64,000 bases of DNA from Rhizobiaceae bacterium (GTDB taxonomy: Bacteria; Pseudomonadota; Alphaproteobacteria; Rhizobiales; Rhizobiaceae), in contig JAMLJA010000002.1 in assembly GCA_023953905.1 (NCBI GenBank), forward strand, positions 196,465-260,464, given 5' to 3'. The notes under the pieces are model-generated. The model ran no database searches. It was not told the origin of the DNA and saw nothing but the letters and a program-made list of their open reading frames with translations. The position numbers and the translations under genes were made by a program. Below are positions 19,269 to 29,558 of this stretch, piece by piece. Numbering within the stretch: position 1 is the first letter of the stretch; each line of letters starts with the position of its first letter.

Positions 19269-20228
19269 ATGAGAATGAAAGCCTGGATTACCACACTGGT
19301 TGCAGCCGTCTGCCTGGCCAGCACCGCACATGCCGATGTCTCCATCCGAATCGGCGGCGCCGGTACGGATGCCAGCCCGGACACCAAGGCGATGGAAGTT
19401 TTCGCCGAAAAGCTTAAGGAACGCTTGGGCGCTGCCGCCTCGGTCGAGCTCTTCCCCAACTCGCATCTTGGGACGGTCGACGAGATGGTCGAGCAGGTGA
19501 AGGGCAGTGTCCTCGAATGCATGTATGAAAGCGTCGGCGTTTTGGGATCGTTTCATCCGGCAGCCAACATCGAGGGCGTGGCTTACATCTACAAGGACGA
19601 GGATCATTTCTTCCGCATCTGGCGTAGCGCGGTAGGAGAAGAAGTTCTTGACGACATCGCCACGCAAGCTGGTATCCGTGTGGTCGGGCCGGCTTTCCAT
19701 GGCTTTCGGCACATTCTGACAAACAAGCCCATCAACAAGGTGGAAGACCTCGAGGGTATGAAGATCCGCGCACCGGGGATCCCCGCCTATATCGAGTCGA
19801 TCCGTGCGCTGGGTGCAAACCCTGCAACGGTGGCTTTTGAGGAAGTTTACGCCGCGCTGCAAAGTCACGTCGTCGACGGTGTCGAGCAGCCCCTGACGGC
19901 TATCAAGGATAAGCGCTTCTACGAAGTGGACAAGAATCTGGCGCTCACCAGCCACATGGCGGAGACCATGGGATTCATGTGCAATGCCGACTGGTTCGAC
20001 GGGCTTGATGAGGCGACGCAGAAGGCCATCACGGATTCAGCGACGGACAGCGCCGACTGGTATCGGACCTACACCGACGAATCCCAAGCGGCACTCCTGA
20101 ATGAACTGGAAGCTGACGGCGTCGTCGTTACCAAACCCGACCTTGCGCCGTTCATGGCCAAGGCGGCTGAAGCAAAGTACGATCCAGCCCTGGAACCTGT
20201 CATCGCGAAGTTCCGTTCTGTAGAGTAG
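19269..20228 (+). CDS. dctP: TRAP transporter solute-binding protein
   Basis: Signal peptide; GFRH, DLEGMKIRAP, FEEVYAALQ.HVVDGVE. Confidence 0.92.
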   Translation: MRMKAWITTLVAAVCLASTAHADVSIRIGGAGTDASPDTKAMEVFAEKLKERLGAAASVELFPNSHLGTVDEMVEQVKGSVLECMYESVGVLGSFHPAANIEGVAYIYKDEDHFFRIWRSAVGEEVLDDIATQAGIRVVGPAFHGFRHILTNKPINKVEDLEGMKIRAPGIPAYIESIRALGANPATVAFEEVYAALQSHVVDGVEQPLTAIKDKRFYEVDKNLALTSHMAETMGFMCNADWFDGLDEATQKAITDSATDSADWYRTYTDESQAALLNELEADGVVVTKPDLAPFMAKAAEAKYDPALEPVIAKFRSVE

Positions 20229-20236
20229 GATCACCC

Positions 20237-20264
20237 GCCCACCCGCCCGCAAGGGCCGGTGGGC
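20237..20264 (+). other. Intercistronic GC-rich hairpin with GCAA tetraloop after dctP
   Basis: GCCCACCCGCCC-GCAA-GGGCCGGTGGGC, one mismatch, no U-tract. Confidence 0.55.
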
Positions 20265-20283
20265 ACCTTTCCGGCCCGCAAAC

Positions 20284-20787
20284 ATGACACGATTACTGAC
20301 CACAATCGGCAACGGCTTGCGTGCCGCCCTGAAAGTCTTCGTTGCAGCGGCACTCTTCCTCATCGTGACCCTGGTGTTCTATCAGGTCATTACGCGATAT
20401 TTCACCGGCACCGCCACGCCCGGATTGGCCGAGATTTCGCGCTTCCTGTTCATCTGGCTGGTATTTGCCGGATCGGCATGGCTCATCAGCAGGAACGAAC
20501 TGATCGCGATCGACTTCTTTTCCAGTCACCTGGATGCCAATGCCAGAAGATGGCTGGGCGTGTTTATCGACATGTGCACGGCATCGCTCATGGTCGCGCT
20601 GCTTTCTTTCTCGGGCAAGCTTCTAGAGGTTGTTTCGATCAAACATGCGCCGGCAACGGGCATCCCCTATGTGTGGGTTTACTCGGCACTACCGCTCTTT
20701 GCCTTGGCAAGTCTGATGTTCATCCTCGAGCGGCTGATCACAACCCGCTTCGGCCGAACCCCGCCATCAGGCACGGACGGAAATTGA
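20284..20787 (+). CDS. dctQ: TRAP small permease
   Basis: Four TM helices; EISRFLFIWLVF. Confidence 0.9.
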   Translation: MTRLLTTIGNGLRAALKVFVAAALFLIVTLVFYQVITRYFTGTATPGLAEISRFLFIWLVFAGSAWLISRNELIAIDFFSSHLDANARRWLGVFIDMCTASLMVALLSFSGKLLEVVSIKHAPATGIPYVWVYSALPLFALASLMFILERLITTRFGRTPPSGTDGN

Positions 20788-20791
20788 TGCC

Positions 20792-22072
20792 ATGCTGATG
20801 CTGCTGACACTCGCCGTCATCCTATTCCTTCTGATGTTACTGGCGGTGCCGATCGCCATCGCGCTGGGTGTGGCCTCGGTAGTGATCATCATCATCTGGG
20901 GAACGCCCGGCTTCATCCTTGCCCAGAAGATGATCAACGGTATCGACTCATTCCCCCTGTTGGCCGTTCCCTTCTTCATTCTTGCCGCGTCCATCATGAA
21001 CACCAGCGGCATCACGCCGCGCGTGGTCGGCCTGCTTGGGGCAATGCTCGGAAGGTTGCGCGGCAGCACCGGAACCGTCAATGTGGGGACAAATGTTTTC
21101 CTGGCGGGAATATCCGGTTCGTCGGTCGCCGATGCGTCCGCAACAAGCACTCTGCTCATTCCGGAAATGCGCAAGGAAGGCTATTCTGGAGGTTTCTCGG
21201 CGGCACTGACGGCCGGGGCCGCGCTGATCGGCCCCATACTGCCGCCATCCATCCCGCTCGTCATCTACGGCGTCATTGCGCAGGTATCCATCACCAAGCT
21301 CTTTGTAGGAGGCTATATTCCTGCCTTCATCATTGCCGCGTCATTGATACTGTATGTCAACTGGCACGCCAGGTCCCGCAATCTCGAGCGGCGCGGCGCG
21401 CAGCAATGGTCGACGATATGGTCGCTGTTCCGATCTTCTATATGGGCACTCATGATGCCGGTGCTTCTGATCGTCGGCGCGCGAGGCGGCTTCTTCACCG
21501 TTACCGAAATCGGCGCAGTGCTCGTGGTCTATGCGTTGTTCGTGGGTCTGGTTATCTATCGTGAGTTCAGGCTGAAAGACCTTCCATCCATTTTGATCGA
21601 TGCAGGAATGCAGACGGCAAACATCCTGCTCGTGGTTTCAACCTCATCGTTCGTGGCTTACCTCATGGTGGTGCATGGTGTGCCGAAAGACCTCATTAAC
21701 TGGATGCAGGAAGCCCAGCTTTCCCCGGTCACATTTCTGCTCATGATCAACGTGATCCTGCTGATCGCGGGCGCCTTTCTGGACTCGACGCCTGCCACCA
21801 TCATCATTGTCCCCATCGTCCTGCCCACAGCGATGGCATTGGGAATCGACCCTGTGCATTTCGGCCTTGTCGTCGTGCTCAATCTCATGATTGGATTGAT
21901 CCATCCCCCGATGGGACTCAATCTCCTTATCACCCAGTCGGTGGCAAAGGTGCCGATGTCGCAGGTGGTGCGCGAGAGCCTGCCCATTCTCGGCCTGATG
22001 ATCGCGATTCTCCTACTCATAACTTTCGTTCCAGCCACGGTGTTGTGGCTGCCTACTCAGATCGGCCTTTGA
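20792..22072 (+). CDS. dctM: TRAP large permease
   Basis: FPLLAVPFFILA, GISGSSVAD, ILPPSIP, IDPVHFG, HPPMG. Confidence 0.93.
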   Translation: MLMLLTLAVILFLLMLLAVPIAIALGVASVVIIIIWGTPGFILAQKMINGIDSFPLLAVPFFILAASIMNTSGITPRVVGLLGAMLGRLRGSTGTVNVGTNVFLAGISGSSVADASATSTLLIPEMRKEGYSGGFSAALTAGAALIGPILPPSIPLVIYGVIAQVSITKLFVGGYIPAFIIAASLILYVNWHARSRNLERRGAQQWSTIWSLFRSSIWALMMPVLLIVGARGGFFTVTEIGAVLVVYALFVGLVIYREFRLKDLPSILIDAGMQTANILLVVSTSSFVAYLMVVHGVPKDLINWMQEAQLSPVTFLLMINVILLIAGAFLDSTPATIIIVPIVLPTAMALGIDPVHFGLVVVLNLMIGLIHPPMGLNLLITQSVAKVPMSQVVRESLPILGLMIAILLLITFVPATVLWLPTQIGL

Positions 22073-22472
22073 GCCGGCGCCTGCGTCGGGACTCCCGAAG
22101 CCAAAGACAAACATCACCCCGCGGAGCTTTGTTGCGATCAAGAGTGAGTAGAAGCAGGTGCGGCTTCGAGGGACGCACTGGTTCCAACGCAAGATTGCAT
22201 AAAGCAACGCGAATATTTGCTGACCGGTCGGCCGACAAATGAGCCGTTTGGGTCATCGCAGCCGAAACTACCCTTCGCCGATAGAGCTGTGTACCAGTCA
22301 AATGTATTGGGGGCGCTTCAAAGCTGGGGGCCCGTGCGTAAGCACGAAGGTGTGGGACCCGTCAGCCGGAATCAGGTCAAACGCATTGCCGCCGGTAAGA
22401 CCGACGGCGGGCTGAAGGAGGCGTCCCCAGCGTAGGCCGACGGGTCGCGCTCGACGGACGAGGATAACGCCT

Positions 22473-23909
22473 TTACTCCATCCACCCGCCGATCGCCTTG
22501 ACTTCCATGAAATCTTGAAGGCCCCAAACCCCCGCTTCGCGCCCGTTCCCAGACTGTTTCATGCCGCCAAATGGAGCGCCCGGTCCGCGCCGCTTGCCGT
22601 TTATTTCGACCATGCCTGAGCGAAGCTGCAGCGCGACGCGATTTGCGCGCTTCCCGTCGCTGGTTTGTACGTAGTTGGTCAGTCCGTAGACCGTGTCGTT
22701 GGCGATCAAGATCGCCTCTTCCTCGGTCTCAAATGGTATCATCGCCAGTACGGGGCCGAAAATCTCCTCCCGTGCGATCGTCATGGTATTGTCGACATTT
22801 GCGAAGATGGTCGGTCGGACAAAATACCCGCGTTTGAGACCCGCTGGCCGGCCTGGACCACCGGCTATCAGCGTCGCTCCCTCATCCAGCCCTGTCTGGA
22901 TCAGCGTCTGGATCCTGCCCCACTGAACCTCATTGACCACGGGGCCCATGAAGGACCCTTCTTCCTGGGCTGGGCGCACTTCGATCGTGTTAGCGATCTG
23001 CGCTGCGCGCTCGACGGCCCGAGAGTAGATTTCGCGCTGGACCAACATCCGACTGGGCGCGTTGCACGATTGGCCAGAATTGCTCATCATCTGACGAACG
23101 CCCCGATCGATGGCGTCATCATCGGCATCGGCAAACAGTATATTGGCGCCCTTTCCTCCGAGTTCGAGGTGGACTCGCTTCAGCGTATCCGCAGCCGCCT
23201 TCGAGATCGCGATACCAGCTCTTGTCGAACCGGTGAAGCTGACCATGTCCACGTCCGGGTGAGTAGTGAGCGCGGTGCCGACGCCAGTTCCATCGCCATT
23301 GACGAGATTGAACACTCCCTTGGGGAAGCCCGCCGCATCAATGCACTCGGCAAAGACGATCGCATTGAGCGGACTTTCCTCCGAGGGCTTCAGCACTGTC
23401 GTGCACCCTGCGATCAGCGCAGCAATGACCTTCAGAGATATCTGGTTCTGCGGCCAGTTCCAGGGCGTGATCAACGCGCAGACGCCGACGGCCTCATGCA
23501 CGATACGCGTATCGCCGTGGTCCGCGTTCAGTGGTCGACTGAACGGGAACGTCTTCGCTGCGAGCAGAAAATTCTTGGTGTGGCTGATGGCAAGCGTCGC
23601 ATGCACCGTTCGCGCGAGCGAGATCGGCGCTCCCATTTCCAGAGAGATCACTCGCGCGATATCCTCTGTCCGCTGCTGATAGACCTCGAGAAACCGCTCA
23701 ACGAATTCGATCCGCTTGCTCGGATGGGTCGCCATCCAACTCGGCAGAGCGGCCCTTGCGGCCGCAACGGCGGCGTCGACATCTGCATGTCCCCCGAGCG
23801 ACACAACTGCGCAAACCTCTTCAGTCGATGGATTGATGACGTGGTGATCGACGCCGATCCGAGGATCGACCCAGGCACCATCAATGTAGAATTGTCGCTT
23901 CTCGATCAT
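22473..23909 (-). CDS. Aldehyde dehydrogenase
   Basis: ITPWNWP, FTGST, LELGGK, SGQSC, EEIFGPV; start trimmed to MIEKRQF. Confidence 0.93.
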   Translation of the reverse strand: MIEKRQFYIDGAWVDPRIGVDHHVINPSTEEVCAVVSLGGHADVDAAVAAARAALPSWMATHPSKRIEFVERFLEVYQQRTEDIARVISLEMGAPISLARTVHATLAISHTKNFLLAAKTFPFSRPLNADHGDTRIVHEAVGVCALITPWNWPQNQISLKVIAALIAGCTTVLKPSEESPLNAIVFAECIDAAGFPKGVFNLVNGDGTGVGTALTTHPDVDMVSFTGSTRAGIAISKAAADTLKRVHLELGGKGANILFADADDDAIDRGVRQMMSNSGQSCNAPSRMLVQREIYSRAVERAAQIANTIEVRPAQEEGSFMGPVVNEVQWGRIQTLIQTGLDEGATLIAGGPGRPAGLKRGYFVRPTIFANVDNTMTIAREEIFGPVLAMIPFETEEEAILIANDTVYGLTNYVQTSDGKRANRVALQLRSGMVEINGKRRGPGAPFGGMKQSGNGREAGVWGLQDFMEVKAIGGWME

Positions 23910-24035
23910 GATCAGTTCCAAGCGTCCGGTTGAGATTCTTTGCCCGGAGTCGACCCTTTGCAATCCCCGGCGAGCCGGAAGCGCTGCGCCAAGCTGACTG
24001 CCGTCCTTCACAAGACAAAGCGAAGAGGTTGAACT

Positions 24036-24830
24036 CTAGTTGCGGTAATCGACGAACATGCGCAGTCCTACGAGCCGGTCGATGACGAATACCATCCCGA
24101 GTGTGACGAACATCAACATCGTGGACACAGCGGCGATGGCAGGGCTGGCGCTATTCTGGATGTCCGAAAGGATCTTCACCGGCAGCGTTGTGAAGTCGAG
24201 CCCGATCAGGAAGACGGTAACCGAGACTTCGTCGAACGAGATGATGAAGCTGAAAAGGAACGCGCTGATCAGCGCCGGCCGTATGAGTGGAAGCGTGATC
24301 TTTCGGAAGGTCGTCGCCGGATCGGCGCCAAGCGTCATAGCGGCCTCTTCGACGCTCAGGTCCAGTTGGCGCAACCCGTTGACGATCGGTCGGTAGACGA
24401 ACGGCAGCGCAATGATTATGTGCGCGAGCGTCAGCCCGAGAAATGTGCCGCGCATTCCCAGCAGAAGGACGAAAGAGAACAGGGCAATCGCCAGGGCGGC
24501 GTTTGGCAGGAGCAACGGCATCGAGATCAGGAGTTCGAACAAGCCTTTGGCTGGCACATGTTGGCGGGTCGTCACGAGGGCTGCGAGAAAGCAGATAAAG
24601 GTCGTCAGCACGGCAGTGACGAATGCAAGTGCGAGACTGACCGCAAACGCCTTCAGCCAGACAGCCGAGAACAGCACCTCCTCATACCAGCGCAGCGACA
24701 GGTTCTGGGGTGGAAATTCGAGATATCCGCGCGGGGTGAACGAGGCCGCCACTACGATAAGAATCGGCGCGAGAATGAACAGGAAGGCGGCGAAGGCGAA
24801 ACTAGTAAGGAGCATATTCCCGAGTCGCAT
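24036..24830 (-). CDS. Polyamine-type ABC permease (PotC-like)
   Basis: EEAAMTLGA, SFDEVSV, TTLPVKI. Confidence 0.9.
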   Translation of the reverse strand: MRLGNMLLTSFAFAAFLFILAPILIVVAASFTPRGYLEFPPQNLSLRWYEEVLFSAVWLKAFAVSLALAFVTAVLTTFICFLAALVTTRQHVPAKGLFELLISMPLLLPNAALAIALFSFVLLLGMRGTFLGLTLAHIIIALPFVYRPIVNGLRQLDLSVEEAAMTLGADPATTFRKITLPLIRPALISAFLFSFIISFDEVSVTVFLIGLDFTTLPVKILSDIQNSASPAIAAVSTMLMFVTLGMVFVIDRLVGLRMFVDYRN

Positions 24831-24842
24831 GTTTCCTGCTCC

Positions 24843-25670
24843 CTAGACACGATGCCCGGGCATCTTGCGCGTCGCCCAGCGGTCGACGAGTTGAAAGGGG
24901 ACAACGGCGATGGCTGCGCTAATGGTCAGCAGCAGTGCGGACGCCGATGCCTCGGGATAATTATAATAGACCAGCATCTGGTTGTAGATCATCGTTCCGA
25001 GCATCGTCTGCTGGATACCCCCCATCAGAAGCGGGGTCACGATCGCGCCAAGCGACAAGAGGTAGACGATTGTCGCCGCGGTCATCACGCCCGGAAGGGC
25101 GAGCGGCAGTGTGATCTTCCCGAACACTTTCCAATGGTTCGCACCGAGCGCCATGGCGGCTTCAGAAAGGCTTTTATCGATCTTCACGTAGACAGCGAGG
25201 ATCGACAGGACGGCGAACGGGATGAAGACATGAACTAGGCCCACCACGAGCCCGCCAGTGTTGAACATCAGCCGCAACGGACTGTCGATAACGCCGAGGT
25301 TCAAAAGTGTCGCGTTTAGCAGGCCGCGGGGACCGAGAAGCACGACCCAGCCGTAAGTCCTGACGACGATGCTGATGAGCAGCGGAATAAGGATGATGAC
25401 GAGATAGAATAGGTTCGGGCGCCTCGCCATAAACACCGCGAGCGGATAGGCAATCAGCACCGAGATCAGGGTCACGATTAGCGCGATCTTATGGGTGAAG
25501 AAGAAGACACTGACCACTTCCGGCCGACTGACGAACTGTGAGAGATTTACGAAAGAGGCGCCCTCAGGTCCGGTGAACGCCTGCTGCACAAGCGTGCTGA
25601 CGCCAGTCACCAAGCCGATGAGCAGGCCGATGCAGGGCAGCAACAACAGGAACGCCGAAGAGAAGCGCAT
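24843..25670 (-). CDS. Polyamine-type ABC permease (PotB-like)
   Basis: SIVVRTYGW, GLVHVFIPF, EAAMALGA. Confidence 0.9.
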   Translation of the reverse strand: MRFSSAFLLLLPCIGLLIGLVTGVSTLVQQAFTGPEGASFVNLSQFVSRPEVVSVFFFTHKIALIVTLISVLIAYPLAVFMARRPNLFYLVIILIPLLISIVVRTYGWVVLLGPRGLLNATLLNLGVIDSPLRLMFNTGGLVVGLVHVFIPFAVLSILAVYVKIDKSLSEAAMALGANHWKVFGKITLPLALPGVMTAATIVYLLSLGAIVTPLLMGGIQQTMLGTMIYNQMLVYYNYPEASASALLLTISAAIAVVPFQLVDRWATRKMPGHRV

Positions 25671-25685
25671 CGAGCCAACTTCCCT

Positions 25686-25925
25686 TCAACCGAGCGCTGT
25701 TTCGACGCGTTTGATGAGATTTTCGCGCTGCTGCTGCTCAAAGCATGACCAGTCCGGGTTGCACGTCCTTTCGACAATCTCTTCCTTGATCAATCCAGGC
25801 CTCCACCTGAGCAGTTCATTATCGACGGTGGCGGGCTTGTTGGCGCGCTGAGGTCCGGTCAGCGTCAAGTACTTCCACTGCGGAGCAAGCATCTCTCTGC
25901 GTGCAAAAACGAACCGGCTGGTCAT
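25686..25925 (-). pseudogene. C-terminal remnant of a polyamine-type SBP
   Basis: ANKPATVDNELLRWRPGLIKEEIVERTCNPDW..EQQQRENLIKRVE matches the C-terminus of the intact SBP at 31610-32686. Confidence 0.75.
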
Positions 25926-27022
25926 CGCTTCCCCCTTTTCGGGTTTACTGCTTTTGCGGGCAGGGCGACACTGTCAGTGCTCTGCCACGTGATCCGCACA
26001 TCCTGTCCCGGCAAGTAGGCGGTGATGTGCGGCCGATGCTCCTCCCGCACACTCACCTGCTTGTCGCCAAGAGCGACCAGATATCGATTGTCCGTGCCGA
26101 GGAACGTGCGCTCGACGACCCGGCCCGCAAGGCCGCGGGAGGACGAGGCGTCTTCCAGTTGCATGTAGTCGGGCCTGACCATGACGTCGACGGTCTCGCC
26201 AGCCTGCAGACCTTCTCCGCGAGTTACAATTGTCTCGCCCCCGTCTTCCAGACGCACCTGCACGCCACCGTCATCAACCGAGACGACCTCGCCACAAAAC
26301 ACGTTGGTGTCACCGACGAAGTTGGCGACGAACAGACTGCGCGGGCTGTCGTAGATCTCCTGCGGAGCGCCCAGCTGCTCGATCCTGCCGTCGCTCACCA
26401 CTGCGATGCGGTCCGACATCCGCATCGCCTCTTCCTGGTCATGCGTGACGAAGACGAAGGTCGTGCCGACCTGGCGCTGGATGCGCTTCAGTTCATCCTG
26501 AAGCTGCTGCCGCAGCTTGAGATCGAGCGCACCGAGTGGCTCATCGAGCAGTAGTACTGCCGGCTCGGTGACGAGAGACCGCGCCAGGGCGACGCGCTGC
26601 CGCTGCCCGCCCGAAAGCTGATGCACGAAGCGCCCTTCATAACCCGAGAGACCCACCATCCCCAGGAACTGGCTCGCCTTTCTGTTGGCATCCGCGACCG
26701 AAATCTTGCGAAGCAAAAGGCCGAACGTCACGTTTTCGCGCACGTTCATGTGAGGAAACAGTGCGAGATTCTGCAGCACCATACCGATCGGCCGCCGGTA
26801 GGTCGGTGTCTGTGTCACGTCTTTGCCGTCAATCAGAATGCGGCCACTAGTTGGCGTTTCAAAGCCGGCGATCATGCGAAGAAGCGTGGTCTTTCCGCAG
26901 CCGCTCGGTCCAAGTAGGGTCAGGAACTCCGATGCTCGGATCGTGAGGTTTACGCCGCGAACAGCCTCGACAGCTCCGTAGCGTTTCACCGCCTCATCGA
27001 CCTGGACCTCACCTGTCGCCAT
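25922..27022 (-). CDS. Polyamine-type ABC ATPase (PotA-like, TOBE domain)
   Basis: GPSGCGKTT, LSGGQRQR, LLLDEP, THDQEEA; start trimmed to MATGE. Confidence 0.92.
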   Translation of the reverse strand: MATGEVQVDEAVKRYGAVEAVRGVNLTIRASEFLTLLGPSGCGKTTLLRMIAGFETPTSGRILIDGKDVTQTPTYRRPIGMVLQNLALFPHMNVRENVTFGLLLRKISVADANRKASQFLGMVGLSGYEGRFVHQLSGGQRQRVALARSLVTEPAVLLLDEPLGALDLKLRQQLQDELKRIQRQVGTTFVFVTHDQEEAMRMSDRIAVVSDGRIEQLGAPQEIYDSPRSLFVANFVGDTNVFCGEVVSVDDGGVQVRLEDGGETIVTRGEGLQAGETVDVMVRPDYMQLEDASSSRGLAGRVVERTFLGTDNRYLVALGDKQVSVREEHRPHITAYLPGQDVRITWQSTDSVALPAKAVNPKRGKR

Positions 27023-27215
27023 ATGCTCCCTCTCACTACATGCGGCGATCGCCGGTGCGCGAACGCTCGCCCAGGTCATTTCATTAGTCAAGTAAAAAAA
27101 TTTATTGCATTAAACTTATTTACGAGCGACATCTGATCGCTGGGTTTGGTTCGGCTGCGATAGCAGACTGGCCGGTCGCGAGCATGCGCCTTAGAGACTC
27201 GATGGGGGAGCAGAC

Positions 27216-27863
27216 ATGCCCGTCAGAACAATTGGATACATGTGGCACGATAGTTTCGGAGACTATGACGCCGGCACCGCATCCGATCTTCCCGAAACCC
27301 GAACTCGCATCAACAATCCCGTCCGCGCCAGCAAGATTCTCGACTACCTGATGGAGCTCTACGTCGGTGAAGCGCCCGTGGACGCTCCGCTGGCGACGCA
27401 CGACAAAGCCCACGACGACCGAGTGTGGGCGTTGAGCGACGGAGCGGGTGGCGAAGCCGGTCCTGATCTACACATGCCCCGGGGAACAATGACAATCGCA
27501 CGTCGTGCCGTGGGAACAGCCATCGCTGCCGACTACGCCATTATGTCGGGCACGGTAGACAACGCCCATGCGCTCTATCGCGATCCTCGCGCGCGCATGA
27601 TGCGTCTGACCAAACATTACAACGCACGGCTCGCGGTCATCTACAAAGGCGGTAATGCGCCGATCCTGGTGCCGTTCAATAACCTGTCGATCCTCAAAGA
27701 GTTGTGCGGGCGCCGGTCTGAGGTCCGTGACCCTTTCGTCAACCGGGCCAGGCGGATCGACGGGCAGGATATTACTCACGACCAAGACCTAGTGGTGACC
27801 GCTGCACAGGCCAATGTCGTTCACGTTCCAAATCGTCTGGCAGAGAAGAAGGCGGAAGCATGA
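27216..27863 (+). pseudogene. Class II HDAC-like amidohydrolase with in-frame deletion of the catalytic core
   Basis: IGYMWH..FG..D.GT...GGEAG...IARRAVG...NAHALYR joins directly to DPRARMM...GGNAP..VPF..L.IL.EL.G; the PPGHH, DxH and GFD zinc motifs are missing. Confidence 0.7.
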
Positions 27864-29461
27864 AGGGGATCGTTAGCGCACCTGAGCCAGAGGCCGTCAA
27901 TGCTGCGGTCGAGGTCCTTGGTGCCGGTGGCAATGCCGCTGATGCCGCCGTCGCCTGCGCGCTCGTCCAGGGTGTCGTCGACCCTCCGATGAGCGGCATC
28001 GGAGGTTGGGGCACACTGCAGGTCTTCTCCGTCGAGCACGACGCTCACACGTGTCTCGATTTTTACGCCACCGCTCCAGCCGCGTCGCGCCCGGATCAAT
28101 GGGCTGCAAAGGTATGCGGCGAGGCGCGAGATGGATGGGGCTTCATCGTCGAAAACCATGAGAATGAGGTCGGTTGGAAAGCGATAGCGACGCCAGGAAC
28201 GGTTGCCGGACTAGCGAAGCTTCATTCGCGCTACGGTCGCATGCCGTGGGCGGAACTGTTTGAACCAGCCATTGCGCGAGCGCGCGAGGGGTTTCTAATT
28301 GGTCCCCATTTTTTCGACTTCCTGATCAGCGAAGGTTCACAGGGCCGCGCCGCACCCAGAGACAAGATGCGATTCTCCGAGACCGGGCGCCGGTTGTACT
28401 ATCGTGCTGACGGGTCAGCTCTGCCCGTCGGCTCGCTCGTTCGCAATCCCGATATGGCGTCGTCGCTCGAGCGACTGGCGCGTGGCGGAGCCGATACGTT
28501 CTATCGCGGCGACATGGCGCGAGAGATGGCGGAAGCCTTTGCTCAGAATGACTCCCTGATCACCTTCGAAGACCTCGCGAAGTATCAGGTCGTCGAGCGC
28601 GCGCCCGTGCGAACTGTCTATCGTGGCCTGGATATCTCAACCAGCTTTCCCCCCGGTGGCGGCTATGTCCTCGCCTTGATGCTCGGCATCCTCGAGCACT
28701 TCGATCTCGCCGCCCTCGGCCACAATTCAGCCGATTATATCGGTGTGATCAGTGCCGCGATCCGCTTTGCCACCAGCGAGAAGGACGCCCGGCTCGGTGA
28801 TCCGGACTTCTTCGACGTGCGGCCCGACCATTTCCTCTCACCCAATATCCACGCGGCTGCCGCAGCGCGGATTCGGAGCGGAGAGCGCTTTTCCGTCAAA
28901 CGGCTCCAGTCGGAAACTGCCGGCACCACGCATATGTCGATCATGGATTCGAAGGGGATGTGTATCTCGATGACACACTCGCTGGGCATGGTATCGGGTG
29001 CAATGGTTCCGGGACTGGGTTTCATGTTCAACGGGGCAATGGGTGTGTTCGATCCGCGTCCGGGTTACCCCGGATCGATCGCGCCCGGAAAGCGGCGATA
29101 CACGTCCGCATGCCCCACGATCGTGTTCCGCCAAGGTCGTCCCGCGATCGTTATCGGCGCGCCGGGCGGGGCACACATAACCGGCTCGGTTATGCAAGCG
29201 CTTGTCAATATGATCGACTTCGGCATGACCCCGCAAGAGGCCGTGCAAGCCCCCCGCGTTTCGGCGACGTCCAATGCGATCGACATCGTTAACCGCATAC
29301 CTCGCTCCGTGCAGAGAGAACTCGAGGCCGTTGGTCACAGGGTCGTCCGGAATGCGCGCAGCTACGCTTTCGCGGACGTCCACGCGGTCGCGCGCGATCC
29401 TGACGGGGCATGGTCAGGTGGAGCGGATCCTGCCTCGGATGGTGTCGTACTTTCGTGCTGA
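27860..29461 (+). CDS. Gamma-glutamyltransferase-fold Ntn amidohydrolase (atypical)
   Basis: GGNAADAA, SGIGG, ATPGTVAG, TTHMSIMD (Thr nucleophile), GAPGG, GGADP. Confidence 0.88.
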   Translation: MKGIVSAPEPEAVNAAVEVLGAGGNAADAAVACALVQGVVDPPMSGIGGWGTLQVFSVEHDAHTCLDFYATAPAASRPDQWAAKVCGEARDGWGFIVENHENEVGWKAIATPGTVAGLAKLHSRYGRMPWAELFEPAIARAREGFLIGPHFFDFLISEGSQGRAAPRDKMRFSETGRRLYYRADGSALPVGSLVRNPDMASSLERLARGGADTFYRGDMAREMAEAFAQNDSLITFEDLAKYQVVERAPVRTVYRGLDISTSFPPGGGYVLALMLGILEHFDLAALGHNSADYIGVISAAIRFATSEKDARLGDPDFFDVRPDHFLSPNIHAAAAARIRSGERFSVKRLQSETAGTTHMSIMDSKGMCISMTHSLGMVSGAMVPGLGFMFNGAMGVFDPRPGYPGSIAPGKRRYTSACPTIVFRQGRPAIVIGAPGGAHITGSVMQALVNMIDFGMTPQEAVQAPRVSATSNAIDIVNRIPRSVQRELEAVGHRVVRNARSYAFADVHAVARDPDGAWSGGADPASDGVVLSC

Positions 29462-29558
29462 AAACATATCGCACGCAAGAAATGCCTGTGCGAAAAAGCT
29501 CCCGCCGATCGCAGATGGTAATCTTGCCGCAGAACCAAGTTACAAGGATAGCGCAGGA

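Noticed and set aside
22080-22460. Short ORFs between dctM and the ALDH
   Set aside because: No start/RBS or convincing motif; possibly eroded gene debris
27090-27125. AT-rich tract in the potA/HDAC divergent promoter as a TetR operator
   Set aside because: No clean palindrome; may just be promoter UP-element sequence
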